Shown one piece after another: positions 9,345-18,544 of a DNA stretch of 64,000 bases; the stretch's first letter is position 1; the number at the start of each line of letters is the position of its first letter. The position numbers and the translations under genes are program-made. The stretch comes from an uncultured Gemmatimonadales bacterium (GTDB lineage Bacteria; Gemmatimonadota; Gemmatimonadetes; Longimicrobiales; RSA9). Under the pieces are notes generated by a model that did not search any database, was not told the origin of the DNA, and saw only the letters and a list, made by a program, of their open reading frames with translations. The stretch is taken from the NCBI GenBank assembly GCA_963708135.1, contig OY970192.1, forward strand, positions 4,672,001 to 4,736,000. The letters run 5' to 3'.

Positions 9345-10529
9345 ATGAGGATCGCGCACCTGGCCGACCTGCATCTCGGCTACCGGGCGTACCACCGCAT
9401 GGGGCCGGGCGGGATCAACGCCCGCGAGCGGGACGTGGCGCAGGCCTTCCGCGCGGCGCTGGAGCGCGTCGTGGCACTCGCGCCCGACCTCGTGCTCGTG
9501 GCGGGCGACGTCTTCCATACCGTGCGTCCGTCGAACTCCGCGATCGCCGACGCGTTCCGCCAGTTCGCCTCGCTGCGCGCGCGCCTGCCGGGGGCCCCCG
9601 TGGTGGTGATCGGCGGCAACCACGACTCGCCGCGCGCGGTGGAGACGGGCAGCATCCTCCGGCTGCTCGCCGAGATCCCCGGGATCCACGTCGTCGATGA
9701 CGAGGCGCGCGCGCTCCACCTCGATGGCCTCGATACCTCCGTGCTCTGCCTGCCGCACAACGCGCTGGCCTCCGGCGCGCCGTACGCCATGGAGCCGGAT
9801 CCGGCTGCGGCCACGAACGTGCTCATGCTGCACGGCACCGTGGTGGGCGGGCTCGCGGACGAGAAGCTGCGCTGGATGAGCGAGTACGGCGGCGCGCGCG
9901 TGGAGACGTCGGAGATCCGCCCCGTCGCCTGGGACTACGTGGCGCTCGGCCATTACCACCTGCTCACGGACCTGGCGCCCAACATGTGGTACGCGGGCGC
10001 GCTCGAGCGCACCTCCACCAACATCTGGGAGGAGAGCGCCGAGAAGGGGTTCCTCCTCTTCGACACGGACGCCGGGGAGGCCAGCTTCCACGCCGTGCCG
10101 ACGCGGGAGATGCTGGACCTGCCCCGCTTCTCCGCGCGCGGGCTCGCGCCCGCCGAGCTGGACGCCCGCATCGCCGCCGCCGTCGATGCCGTGCCCGGCG
10201 GGATCGCCGGCAAGATCGTGCGCCTCGTGGTCGAGGACGTCCACCGGGAGGTGTTCCGCGAGCTCGACCACCGCCGCATCCGCGACTACCGCGCGGAGGC
10301 GCTCCACTTCCATCTCGACGCACGTCGCCCGGAGCGGGCGCATGTCCTCGGTGCCGATCCGCCCGGGCGCCGCCGCACGCTACGCGAGGAGCTGGAGGAC
10401 TTCCTCTCGGCGCGCTGGCGGCTCTCTTCCCCGGAGATCCGGCGGGACCGGCTCGTCGCCCTCGGCACGTCCTACCTCGACCGGGCGGGGCAGGGCGAGG
10501 ACGAGGCCCCCATCCCGGAGGGCGCGTAG
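9345..10529 (+). CDS. sbcD: SbcD/Mre11 nuclease
   Basis: HLADLHLG, AGDVFH, GNHDS, MLHG and YVALGHYH metallophosphoesterase motifs. Adjacent to an SMC ATPase. Confidence 0.92.
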   Translation: MRIAHLADLHLGYRAYHRMGPGGINARERDVAQAFRAALERVVALAPDLVLVAGDVFHTVRPSNSAIADAFRQFASLRARLPGAPVVVIGGNHDSPRAVETGSILRLLAEIPGIHVVDDEARALHLDGLDTSVLCLPHNALASGAPYAMEPDPAAATNVLMLHGTVVGGLADEKLRWMSEYGGARVETSEIRPVAWDYVALGHYHLLTDLAPNMWYAGALERTSTNIWEESAEKGFLLFDTDAGEASFHAVPTREMLDLPRFSARGLAPAELDARIAAAVDAVPGGIAGKIVRLVVEDVHREVFRELDHRRIRDYRAEALHFHLDARRPERAHVLGADPPGRRRTLREELEDFLSARWRLSSPEIRRDRLVALGTSYLDRAGQGEDEAPIPEGA

Positions 10530-10532
10530 GCG

Positions 10533-12959
10533 ATGCGGCTGCTCCGGCTCCGGCTGCTGAACTTCAGGCAGCACGCATCGACGGACATCGAGTTCCGGAC
10601 CGGCCTCACGGGCATCATCGGCCCCAACGGCGCGGGCAAGAGCACCATCCTCGAGGCGATCGCCTGGGCGATCTACGGCTCGTCCGCCGCCCGCGGCACG
10701 AACGACACGATCCGCTTCTCGCGCGCGCAAGGACGCGCCCGGGTCGAGGTCGAGCTGGCCGTGGCGCTGGCCGGCCACGAGCTTCGGATCGTGCGCTCCC
10801 TTACGAGCGCGGAGGTCTACCTCGACGGCGGACAGAGCCCGGTCGCCAGTGGGATCGGCACCGTCACGCGCTACGTGCAGGAGCGCCTCGGGATGTCCCG
10901 CGAGGAGTTCTTCAACACCTACTTCACCGGCCAGAAGGAGCTCCAGTTCCTGGCGCAGATGGGCCCCGCCCAGCGCGGCCGGTTCCTCGGCCAGGTGCTC
11001 GGCTACGAGCGGCTGCGCCGCGCCCAGGACCTCGCCCGGGTGCGGCGCAACGAGCTCAGGCACGAGATGGAGGGCGTCCGCTCCTCGATGCCGGATCCCG
11101 AGGCGGTGGCCGCCGAGCGGAGCGCGGCCGAGGCGCGGCGCGAGGCGGCCGTCGCGGAGCTCGCGCGCGCCGAGGAAGCGGGCCGCGCGGCGCTGGCAGA
11201 GCGCGCGGAGCTGGTGCCCGAGTGGGAGCGGGCACAGGCCGCCCGCGATGGCGCCCGCGAGGCCAGGCACGCGCTCGATGTGGCCAGCACCGGCCTCGCC
11301 GCCGCCCGCCGCGACCTGGAGCGGACCCGGGGCGAGCTCGAGGCGGTCGCGCGGGCGGAGGCGGAGCTCGCGCCGCTACGCGAGCGGCTGGCGGAGCTCC
11401 CCGCGCTCGCCGAGGAGTGCGAGCGCCTCGCGCGCCTGGCCCGCGAGGCGGAGCGCCGGCGGGCGCTGGAGGAGCAGGGGAAGACGCTCGAGGCGGAGCG
11501 GGCGGAGATCGCCGCGCGCCGGGCGAGCCTCGAGCGCGCGCCGGCGCTGCTCGAGCAGTGCCGGGCCGAGGCCGTGGACGTGCGCGCGGAGCTCGCCGAG
11601 GCGGAAGCCGGGGCCGCCCGCCTGCGCGACGAGTGGATCGAGCGCCGCCGCGAGGCGGAGACCCGGCTGGACACCTACCGCGGCCGCGCGCAGGACCTCA
11701 AGACGCAGCTCCAGCAGCTCCGCGAGGCCGGTCCCGAGGGCACCTGTCCCACGTGTGAGCGGCCGCTCGGCAGGGAGTTCGACAACGTGATCGGCCGCCT
11801 GCAGGACGAATGGGAGACGCTCGTCCAGGACGGCAAGTGGCTGAGCCAGCGGGTGGCGCAGCTCCAGGATCCGCCGCCTGAGCTCGCCGCCGCCGAGAAG
11901 GAGCGCGTCCGGCTGGCGAAGGCGCTCGAGGAGAAGTCGCAGCGGGTCACCCGCTGCGAGCGCGCCGTGCAGGACCGCGATGCGGCGGAGCGGGAGCACG
12001 CCCGCCGCGAGGAGCAGCTGGCCCGGCTGCGCCAGGAGCTCGCCGGCCTCTCCGCCGATTACGATGCCGCGCGCCACACCGCCGCCGACGCCCGCCTCGC
12101 CGAGCTGCGCAGCGCGGAACGCGACGCCGCGCGCCTCGAGCAGGCCGCCACCGCCCGCGCCGCACGGGAGGCCGAGCGCGCGGATGCGGAGTCGCGGGCG
12201 CGGACCGAGGAGGCCGCCATCGCCGGGCTCGAGGCCCGCCTGGCGTCCAGCCCGTTCGACGAGGAGGCGTTCAGCGCGCTGCGCGCCGCGTACGACGTGG
12301 CCGGCGACGCGGTGCGCCGGGCCGAGCTCCACCGGACCGAGTGCAGCGGCGCCGCGAAGGCGGCGGCCGAGGCGCTCGAGGCCGCGCTGCGCGCGGAAGC
12401 CGCGCTCCACGAGCGGCAGGCCGCGCTCCAGGCGCTCCGTATCGAGCAGCGCCACCACAGTGAGCTCGACGACGCGCTCACGGAGCTGCGCGGCGAGCTC
12501 AACGGCCGCGTGCGCCCCGAGCTCGGCGAGCTGGCCAGCGGCTTCCTCACCGAGATCACAGACGGCCGCTACACCAACCTGGAGATCGACGACAACTACA
12601 ACGTGCTCGTGCTCGACGAGGGGGAGGAGAAGCCGGTCATCAGCGGCGGCGAGGAGGACGTGGCCAACCTCGTGCTGCGGCTGGCCATCAGCCAGATGAT
12701 CGCCGAGCGCGCCGGCCATCCCCTCTCGATCCTCGTCCTGGACGAGGTCTTCGGCTCGCTCGACGTCGAGCGGCGCGACAACGTCATCCAGCTCCTGCAC
12801 CGGCTGGGCAACCGCTTCGACCAGGTCATCCTGATCACCCACATCGAGACGATCCGCGAGGGCCTCGACCACATCATCCGCGTCGACTTCGACGAGCGTG
12901 CCGGCGCCAGCCGCGTCGTCGAGGAGAACGCCCCCGAGCCCGAAGCCGAGTTCGCGTGA
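10533..12959 (+). CDS. sbcC: SbcC/Rad50 SMC-family ATPase
   Basis: GPNGAGKST Walker A, long coiled coil with central CPTC zinc hook, ISGGE signature, LVLDEVFGSLD, LITH. Confidence 0.93.
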   Translation: MRLLRLRLLNFRQHASTDIEFRTGLTGIIGPNGAGKSTILEAIAWAIYGSSAARGTNDTIRFSRAQGRARVEVELAVALAGHELRIVRSLTSAEVYLDGGQSPVASGIGTVTRYVQERLGMSREEFFNTYFTGQKELQFLAQMGPAQRGRFLGQVLGYERLRRAQDLARVRRNELRHEMEGVRSSMPDPEAVAAERSAAEARREAAVAELARAEEAGRAALAERAELVPEWERAQAARDGAREARHALDVASTGLAAARRDLERTRGELEAVARAEAELAPLRERLAELPALAEECERLARLAREAERRRALEEQGKTLEAERAEIAARRASLERAPALLEQCRAEAVDVRAELAEAEAGAARLRDEWIERRREAETRLDTYRGRAQDLKTQLQQLREAGPEGTCPTCERPLGREFDNVIGRLQDEWETLVQDGKWLSQRVAQLQDPPPELAAAEKERVRLAKALEEKSQRVTRCERAVQDRDAAEREHARREEQLARLRQELAGLSADYDAARHTAADARLAELRSAERDAARLEQAATARAAREAERADAESRARTEEAAIAGLEARLASSPFDEEAFSALRAAYDVAGDAVRRAELHRTECSGAAKAAAEALEAALRAEAALHERQAALQALRIEQRHHSELDDALTELRGELNGRVRPELGELASGFLTEITDGRYTNLEIDDNYNVLVLDEGEEKPVISGGEEDVANLVLRLAISQMIAERAGHPLSILVLDEVFGSLDVERRDNVIQLLHRLGNRFDQVILITHIETIREGLDHIIRVDFDERAGASRVVEENAPEPEAEFA

Positions 12960-14125
12960 GGGCGTCGCGCCCGTCCCCGCACGCGGCGACGCCCCGCGCC
13001 GCCCTGGCCGCCCTCCTCCTCGCCGCCCTGGTCGCCCCCGGCACCGCAGCACCCCCCGAGCGAGCCCTAGCGACGCTCCCCTTCGAGAGCGCCGACGACC
13101 TCATCTTCCTGCGCGCCCGGATCAACGGCCACGGCGCCTGGCTGCTCCTGGACAGCGGCGCGGGCGTGATGGCGCTCGAGCGCGCGCGGGAGCGTGCCCT
13201 CGGGCTGCGGGAGCGGGGCCGGCGCATCATCCGCGGGATGGGCGCGGGACCGGTCGAGGCGGGCATGGTGCGGAATGTCGACGTCGCGCTCGGCCCGCTC
13301 GATCTGCGCATCGCGACCGCCGTGGCGGTGGGTCTCGACGCGCTGCGGGAGACGGCGGGACACGAGGTGGACGGCGTGCTCGGCTACGAGCTGCTGCGGC
13401 GCTGGGTCGTGGCGATCGACTACGCCGCGGGCGTCGTGCGGCTGTACGAGCCGTCCGGCTTCCGCTACGCGGGGGCCGGCACGGTCGTGCCGCTCCGGAT
13501 CGAGGACGGCCACGCCTATGCGGCGGCGGCGGTGGACCTCGCGGGCTCCGGGGCGCTCGCCTCGCGGGAGTACATGATCGACACCGGGGCGAGCCGCGCC
13601 CTCGTCGATCCGGATCTCATCCGGGCGCCCGAGGGACGCGAGACGCTCGGCGGGCTCGGGATCGGCGCGGCACGCTCCGCCCGCCTGGCCCGGGTGCCGG
13701 CGTTGCGCTTCGGCGGCGTGCGGTTCGACGGCGCGCTGGGCGTGACCGGCCCGCTGCGCGCGATCGGCGCCGGGCTGTTGCGCCGCTTCGTCGCCTGGTT
13801 CGACTACCCGCACCGTCGGCTGATCCTCGTGCCGGGGCCGCACCTCCGCGACGGCTTTCCCGCGGATGCCAGCGGGCTGCTGTTGCTGAGGAGCGGCGGC
13901 ACGGGGCCGATCGCCGTCCGGGCGGCGCTCGCGGGCACGCCCGCCGCGGCGGCCGGGCTCCGCGCGGGAGACGTGGTCGAGCGGGTGGACGGAGAGGTGG
14001 CGACGGAGCTGGGGCTGGACCGGCTGCGCGCGCTGCTCCGCCGCGATGGCGCCGAGGTCCGGCTCAGCGTGCGGCGGGGGGCGGCGCGGTGGGAGGTACG
14101 GCTGCGGCTGGCGAAGCTGCTCTGA
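12956..14125 (+). CDS. Secreted retropepsin-like aspartyl protease with C-terminal PDZ domain
   Basis: Signal peptide, LLDSGA and IDTGAS motifs, DGVLGYELL, PAAAAGLRAGDVVERVDG (PDZ). Confidence 0.8.
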   Translation: MRASRPSPHAATPRAALAALLLAALVAPGTAAPPERALATLPFESADDLIFLRARINGHGAWLLLDSGAGVMALERARERALGLRERGRRIIRGMGAGPVEAGMVRNVDVALGPLDLRIATAVAVGLDALRETAGHEVDGVLGYELLRRWVVAIDYAAGVVRLYEPSGFRYAGAGTVVPLRIEDGHAYAAAAVDLAGSGALASREYMIDTGASRALVDPDLIRAPEGRETLGGLGIGAARSARLARVPALRFGGVRFDGALGVTGPLRAIGAGLLRRFVAWFDYPHRRLILVPGPHLRDGFPADASGLLLLRSGGTGPIAVRAALAGTPAAAAGLRAGDVVERVDGEVATELGLDRLRALLRRDGAEVRLSVRRGAARWEVRLRLAKLL

Positions 14126-15041
14126 CCGGCCCGCCGGCGGGGGAGGACCTGCTGGCGCGCGCGAGCAGCAGCGCCGCGGCCACGATGAGGGCGATGCCGA
14201 GCACGCGCTCGGGCGCCAGGCTCTCGCCCAGCAGGGCGGCGCCCAGCACCGCCGCCACCACCGGCTCGGCCGTGGCCAGCATGCTGGCCGTGCCCGCGCG
14301 CAGGTGGCGCAGCCCCGCCAGGTAGAGGACGAACGCGGCGAGCGTGGGCAGCGCGCCGAGCGCGAGCAGGAGCGGGAGCGCGGCCGCCGGCGTGTGCGCG
14401 GCGATCCGCCAGGGCGGCGCGGCGAAGGCCATTGCCGGCGCAGCGAACGCGAAGACCCAGAAGGAGGCCCGCATCGGGTCGTGGTTCCGCAGGGCGCGCT
14501 TGCTGAAGAGAGTGTAGACGCCGTACAGCAGCCCGGAGCCGAGCCCCATGGCGATGGTGGCGGGCGCGAGCGCCGCCCCGCCGGTCAGAAGCGCCCGCGC
14601 GGCGCCGGTCACCAGGAACACCCCGGCCAGCACGAGCGCCAGCGCGCCGAGCTGCGGCGCGCCGAGCGGCTCGTCCTCCAGGAAGCGGGAGAGCACGACG
14701 ACGAACGCCGGAGCGGTGTAGAGGAGCGCGGCCGCCACCGCCACGGTGGTGCGAGCCACGGTCGCGAAGTACAGCGTCTCGAAGAGCGCGAAGGCGCCGA
14801 TCCCGTAGGCGGCGAAGAACGGCAGGTCCCGGAGCGGGACGCGGATGCGTGATGGGCCGGCCGCGGCCCAGGCGGCGAGCCCGAGGAAGCCGAGAGTGGC
14901 GCGGGCGCTGGCCAGCTCGATCGGGCTCAGGCCGTAGCGGTAGAGCGCCTTGCCGAAGAGGCCGAGGGTACCCCACAGCACCGCGGCGGCGAGCACCAGC
15001 GCCACGCCGAGCGCCGGCCGCCGGCCGCCGGCCGCCTTCAC
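14064..15041 (-). CDS. EamA/DMT family transporter
   Basis: About 10 TM helices: VLAAAVLWGTLG, LLYTAPAFV, LATAEPVVAA. GTG 15041 overlaps the DUF2723 stop. Confidence 0.88.
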   Translation of the reverse strand: MKAAGGRRPALGVALVLAAAVLWGTLGLFGKALYRYGLSPIELASARATLGFLGLAAWAAAGPSRIRVPLRDLPFFAAYGIGAFALFETLYFATVARTTVAVAAALLYTAPAFVVVLSRFLEDEPLGAPQLGALALVLAGVFLVTGAARALLTGGAALAPATIAMGLGSGLLYGVYTLFSKRALRNHDPMRASFWVFAFAAPAMAFAAPPWRIAAHTPAAALPLLLALGALPTLAAFVLYLAGLRHLRAGTASMLATAEPVVAAVLGAALLGESLAPERVLGIALIVAAALLLARASRSSPAGGPVRAASPAAAVPPTAPPPAAR

Positions 15042-17317
15042 TTGTTGGCCAGCGCCGTCCAGACGCCGAGCCGCGCCTCGTGCTTCTCCGCCAGTGCCGC
15101 CTGGCCGAGCGCATCGTGCGCCTGCGCGGCGGCCATGTGGGCGTAGGCGTAGTAGTACGGGATCCCCTGGGTCGATGCGTCGACCCAGTGCGTCCACTTG
15201 TCGGGGAAGCCGTTGCTGCTCACGAACACGTGCCACAGCAGACTGTCCGTGCGGGGCAGGTCGATGTAGCGGCCCGTCACCACCCGGTACGGGCTGTTCT
15301 GCGGCTCGGCCACGATGCCGTTCGCGGCGGACGGCTGCACCGGCCCGTCGTGCAGCTTGAAGGCGACGCCCTGGCGCACCAGGAACTCCCCGACGTTGAT
15401 GTCGTCGAAGGCCTGCGTCGTCGTGGCGTAGTAGATCGGCCGGTCGCCCATCGAGCTGGTCAGGATCCCCGTCATGAAGATGTCCGCCGGCAGCAGCACC
15501 TGCCCGGTCGGGATCGTCGTCTCCAGCCGGTCCGCGTGGAAGACCAGCGGGTTCTGTGTCTGGAACGGCGGCGTGGCCGCGATCTGCTCGATCTGCGCGT
15601 CCGTGAGCGGGAGGATGCTCTTGGTCGGCTTCCTCGTCAGCTCGGGGGTGTCGTAGAACGGCGTGCGCGGGTCCGGCACGTACGGCCGCTGGCAGATGAT
15701 GCGGGTCGGGTCCTGCGCCGCGCTCTCCCCCGGCGGGCAGGGCCGGGTCAGGTCGCGGAGCTGCTTCGTGTACCACGGCGTGTTGAGGTAGCTCATCACG
15801 ATGACCGTGACGTCCTTGCGCACGCCCTCCACCTCCTGCGCGTACCAGAGCGGGAAGGTGTCGTTGTCGCCGTTCGTGAAGAGCACGCCGTAAGGCTCGA
15901 CGCTGTTCAGCAGGTTGTACGCCCAGTCGCGCGCCACGTAGTCGCCGGCCCGCGAGGCCCAGCTCCAGTTGACGAACAGCGGGATCGCCGCCACCGCCAG
16001 GATCGGCGCCGTGAGCGCGAGACCGCGCCGGCCGCCGCCCTCGAAGCCCTCCGACAGCCGCCTCCACAGCGCCGCGAGCCCGATCCCGGCCCACAGCGCC
16101 CAGACCGAGAAGCTGACGATGAAGAAATAGTCGCGCTCGCGGACCTCGCGCATCTCCTGCGAGATCCCCTGTCCCGGATAGCTGTAGCCGTACTTGAAGT
16201 TGAGGTAGAAGGTCAGCCCCAGCGACAGCGTGGCGAAGAGCACCACCATGTACGCAAAGCTGATCCGGTCCCGCTTGTAGTGGCTCCAGGCGCCGTAGAT
16301 CCCGAGCGAGGCGAACAGCAGCGTGAAGAGCGGCCGCACGCCGCCGAACCACGAGGCCTTCCCCGCGATCGAGCGCGCCCACTGCCAGTCGAAGTACTGG
16401 ATATAGTTGCCGATCTGCGCGATCAGCAGCCCGATGTCGCGCGGCATGCGCGGGTCGATCGGGTTCGAGAACATCGACGGCTTGTCGTATTGCTTGCGCG
16501 CGAGCGATTCCAGCAGCGCGTGCCACGTGCTCGGGTTCGCCTCGTTGATCACCGGACCCAGCGAGGCACGGATCGGCAGGAACAGGTGGATCGACAGCCC
16601 CAGAACCGCCACCACCGCCGCCGCAGCCCACAGCTTCCAGTTGAGCAGCGTGCGCGGAGCCACCAACAGGATGAACACCACCAGCGCCGGCGCGGCCAGG
16701 AACGCCATCAGGTGGTTGCCCACCGAGAGGGCGAGGATGAACACCATGAACAGGATCAGGTTGTCATCCTTGCCCCGTCCCAGGTTGTCCCGCCACCGGA
16801 ACGCCAGCCAGCTGAGCAGCGCGATCGTGAACAGCGAGACCGTGTAGACCTTCTCGTTCACGTCCGACTGGTTCCACACCGTGAACGCCGTCGCCGACAG
16901 CAGCACCGCCGCCGCCGCGCCCACCAGGCGCACCACCCGGTGCTCCGTGTAGTACGAGAGGATCCGGTGCACCAGCAGAAACCAGCACCCGTGCGCCAGC
17001 GCGCTCATGGTCGCGCTGAACAGGTTGACTCGCTGCGCCACCGGCAGGCTCGTCCACGACAGCAGGACGTCCCATGCGCGCGCGAGCACCACGAACGTCG
17101 GGTTCCCCGGCGGGTGCGGAATCCCCAGAATGTGCGCCGTCGCTATGTACTCGCTCGTGTCCCAGAACGCCGTGGACGGCGAGAGCGTCACGAGGTAGAG
17201 GAGCCACACCGCCAGCGCGGCGATCCCCGCCGCCAGGTACGGTGGCCTGTACTCCTCCGCCTCGAGCCGCGCCGATTCTCCCCGCGGCGCCGCCATCGTC
17301 CCTGCTGTGGACTTCAT
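15038..17317 (-). CDS. DUF2723 / TMEM260-like GT-C membrane glycosyltransferase
   Basis: FWDTSEY, LGIPHPPGNP, EKVY, REVRERDYFF and LFTNGDNDTFPLWYAQEVEG motifs. Start could also be 17296. Confidence 0.88.
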   Translation of the reverse strand: MKSTAGTMAAPRGESARLEAEEYRPPYLAAGIAALAVWLLYLVTLSPSTAFWDTSEYIATAHILGIPHPPGNPTFVVLARAWDVLLSWTSLPVAQRVNLFSATMSALAHGCWFLLVHRILSYYTEHRVVRLVGAAAAVLLSATAFTVWNQSDVNEKVYTVSLFTIALLSWLAFRWRDNLGRGKDDNLILFMVFILALSVGNHLMAFLAAPALVVFILLVAPRTLLNWKLWAAAAVVAVLGLSIHLFLPIRASLGPVINEANPSTWHALLESLARKQYDKPSMFSNPIDPRMPRDIGLLIAQIGNYIQYFDWQWARSIAGKASWFGGVRPLFTLLFASLGIYGAWSHYKRDRISFAYMVVLFATLSLGLTFYLNFKYGYSYPGQGISQEMREVRERDYFFIVSFSVWALWAGIGLAALWRRLSEGFEGGGRRGLALTAPILAVAAIPLFVNWSWASRAGDYVARDWAYNLLNSVEPYGVLFTNGDNDTFPLWYAQEVEGVRKDVTVIVMSYLNTPWYTKQLRDLTRPCPPGESAAQDPTRIICQRPYVPDPRTPFYDTPELTRKPTKSILPLTDAQIEQIAATPPFQTQNPLVFHADRLETTIPTGQVLLPADIFMTGILTSSMGDRPIYYATTTQAFDDINVGEFLVRQGVAFKLHDGPVQPSAANGIVAEPQNSPYRVVTGRYIDLPRTDSLLWHVFVSSNGFPDKWTHWVDASTQGIPYYYAYAHMAAAQAHDALGQAALAEKHEARLGVWTALANK

Positions 17318-17652
17318 TCGTCGTTCCGGCTGTCGGTTGGATCCTGCCTCCGCCGCTTTACCCGGCCCCGCCCCCGCCGTTCCGGCGGAAGCCTGGAAAG
17401 ATAGACGCTGCAGACGGCGGATTCCAGCCCGGCGCCCGCCGCGCGACCCCGCCCTATACGCCACCCAGCCCGAACCACCACTCCACACCCCGCCCGACGC
17501 GGGGACGCGGGGAAACGTCGAGCGGCGCGATCGCGTGCTTCGGCTGCCCGGCGAGGCGGGGGTGGGGGAATCACGGGGGGCGCGCGGACGGGAACGCCCG
17601 GCAGGGATCTTGCCCTTTCCACCTCACGGACTCGCACCAGCAGGAGGGCAGC

Positions 17653-17916
17653 ATGCCAGGAACCGACCGGCGAGAGGCCGCCTACAGCGAAGCCCGCAGC
17701 GAGCTGCTCCACGAGATGCTCCGCGGCGGCATCTTCGACATGGATGAGCACGAGCGAGGCGAGAACGTCTCGCGCATCGTGCGCCAGCTCCAGGAGAAGC
17801 ACCCCGAGCTCGACGAGCAGATGACGCGCCGCCTCGTGGGCGAGGGGATGCAGCGCCGCTACGGCGACGCCACCTGGAACGAGTCCGCCCGCAGTCGACG
17901 CAGCGCGCCGGAGTAG
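17653..17916 (+). CDS. Small hypothetical helical protein (87 aa)
   Basis: AGGAGG RBS, ATG 17653, typical high-GC3 codon usage (MPGTDRREAAYSEARSELLHEML...). Confidence 0.75.
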   Translation: MPGTDRREAAYSEARSELLHEMLRGGIFDMDEHERGENVSRIVRQLQEKHPELDEQMTRRLVGEGMQRRYGDATWNESARSRRSAPE

Positions 17917-18348
17917 CCGCGAAGCCCTGTCGCTCGGCGCGACCGGGGGGCGCAAGGGGCCGGACGGGCACGCCCCATAATCGGCGCCCGCGACGCTGTC
18001 CGGCCCACCAGTGTCCTTCGGTCCCTGCCGCGGCGTCGCGCCGCCCGCCGGGGCGGCGGCCGGACATTTCTGCGCTCCTGTCGCCTTTCCGCGGACGCTC
18101 TCGCACTTATGGCCACTATGCGGCCCAAACTGCCCCGTCGGCCCGCGCCGCCGTCGGCGTGACCGGATTTTGGTGCGCATAGCGACCATTTCTGCAAGCG
18201 CAGCTCCCCACCCCTCGACGATCCGGGAGTTTGGTCCGCCGGGCGCGCGCCGCGCGTGGCGCGTACACCTACACCCGGCCCGTCCCGCCACCGGGCGGCG
18301 CAAGCCAGCTCGCGTACCTTCCAGCGCATCTGCCTCGGCCGGAAAGAG

Positions 18349-18422
18349 CCGGATTCGGATTCGGATTCCGCTGCGCTGGATTCGGATTCGTTGAACGGCG
18401 GGTGGGGAACGAATCCGATTCC
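18349..18422. repeat. (GGATTC)3-spacer-(GGATTC)2 hexamer element, copy 1
   Basis: GGATTC x3 at 18351-18368, x2 at 18378-18389, inverted GAATCC at 18411. Inverted near-copy at 22526-22574. Confidence 0.75.
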
Positions 18423-18544
18423 CGAGCTCCGTAGGCAAGTAGCCGCGATCATCGAGTCCTAACAACAAGGCTCGCGAGCCCGTCGTCCCTCGCCCCGCTG
18501 TGGCGCGAGCACCTCGGCGCGCCCGTCACCGCGGCGGGCACATG

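Noticed and set aside
6450..10343. 1297-aa minus-strand ORF
   Set aside because: Antisense shadow of SDR/herA/sbcD with no motifs; typical of high-GC3 genes.
15042..16631. Extension of the EamA ORF to 855 aa
   Set aside because: Out-of-frame overlap with DUF2723; the EamA sequence starts at GTG 15041.
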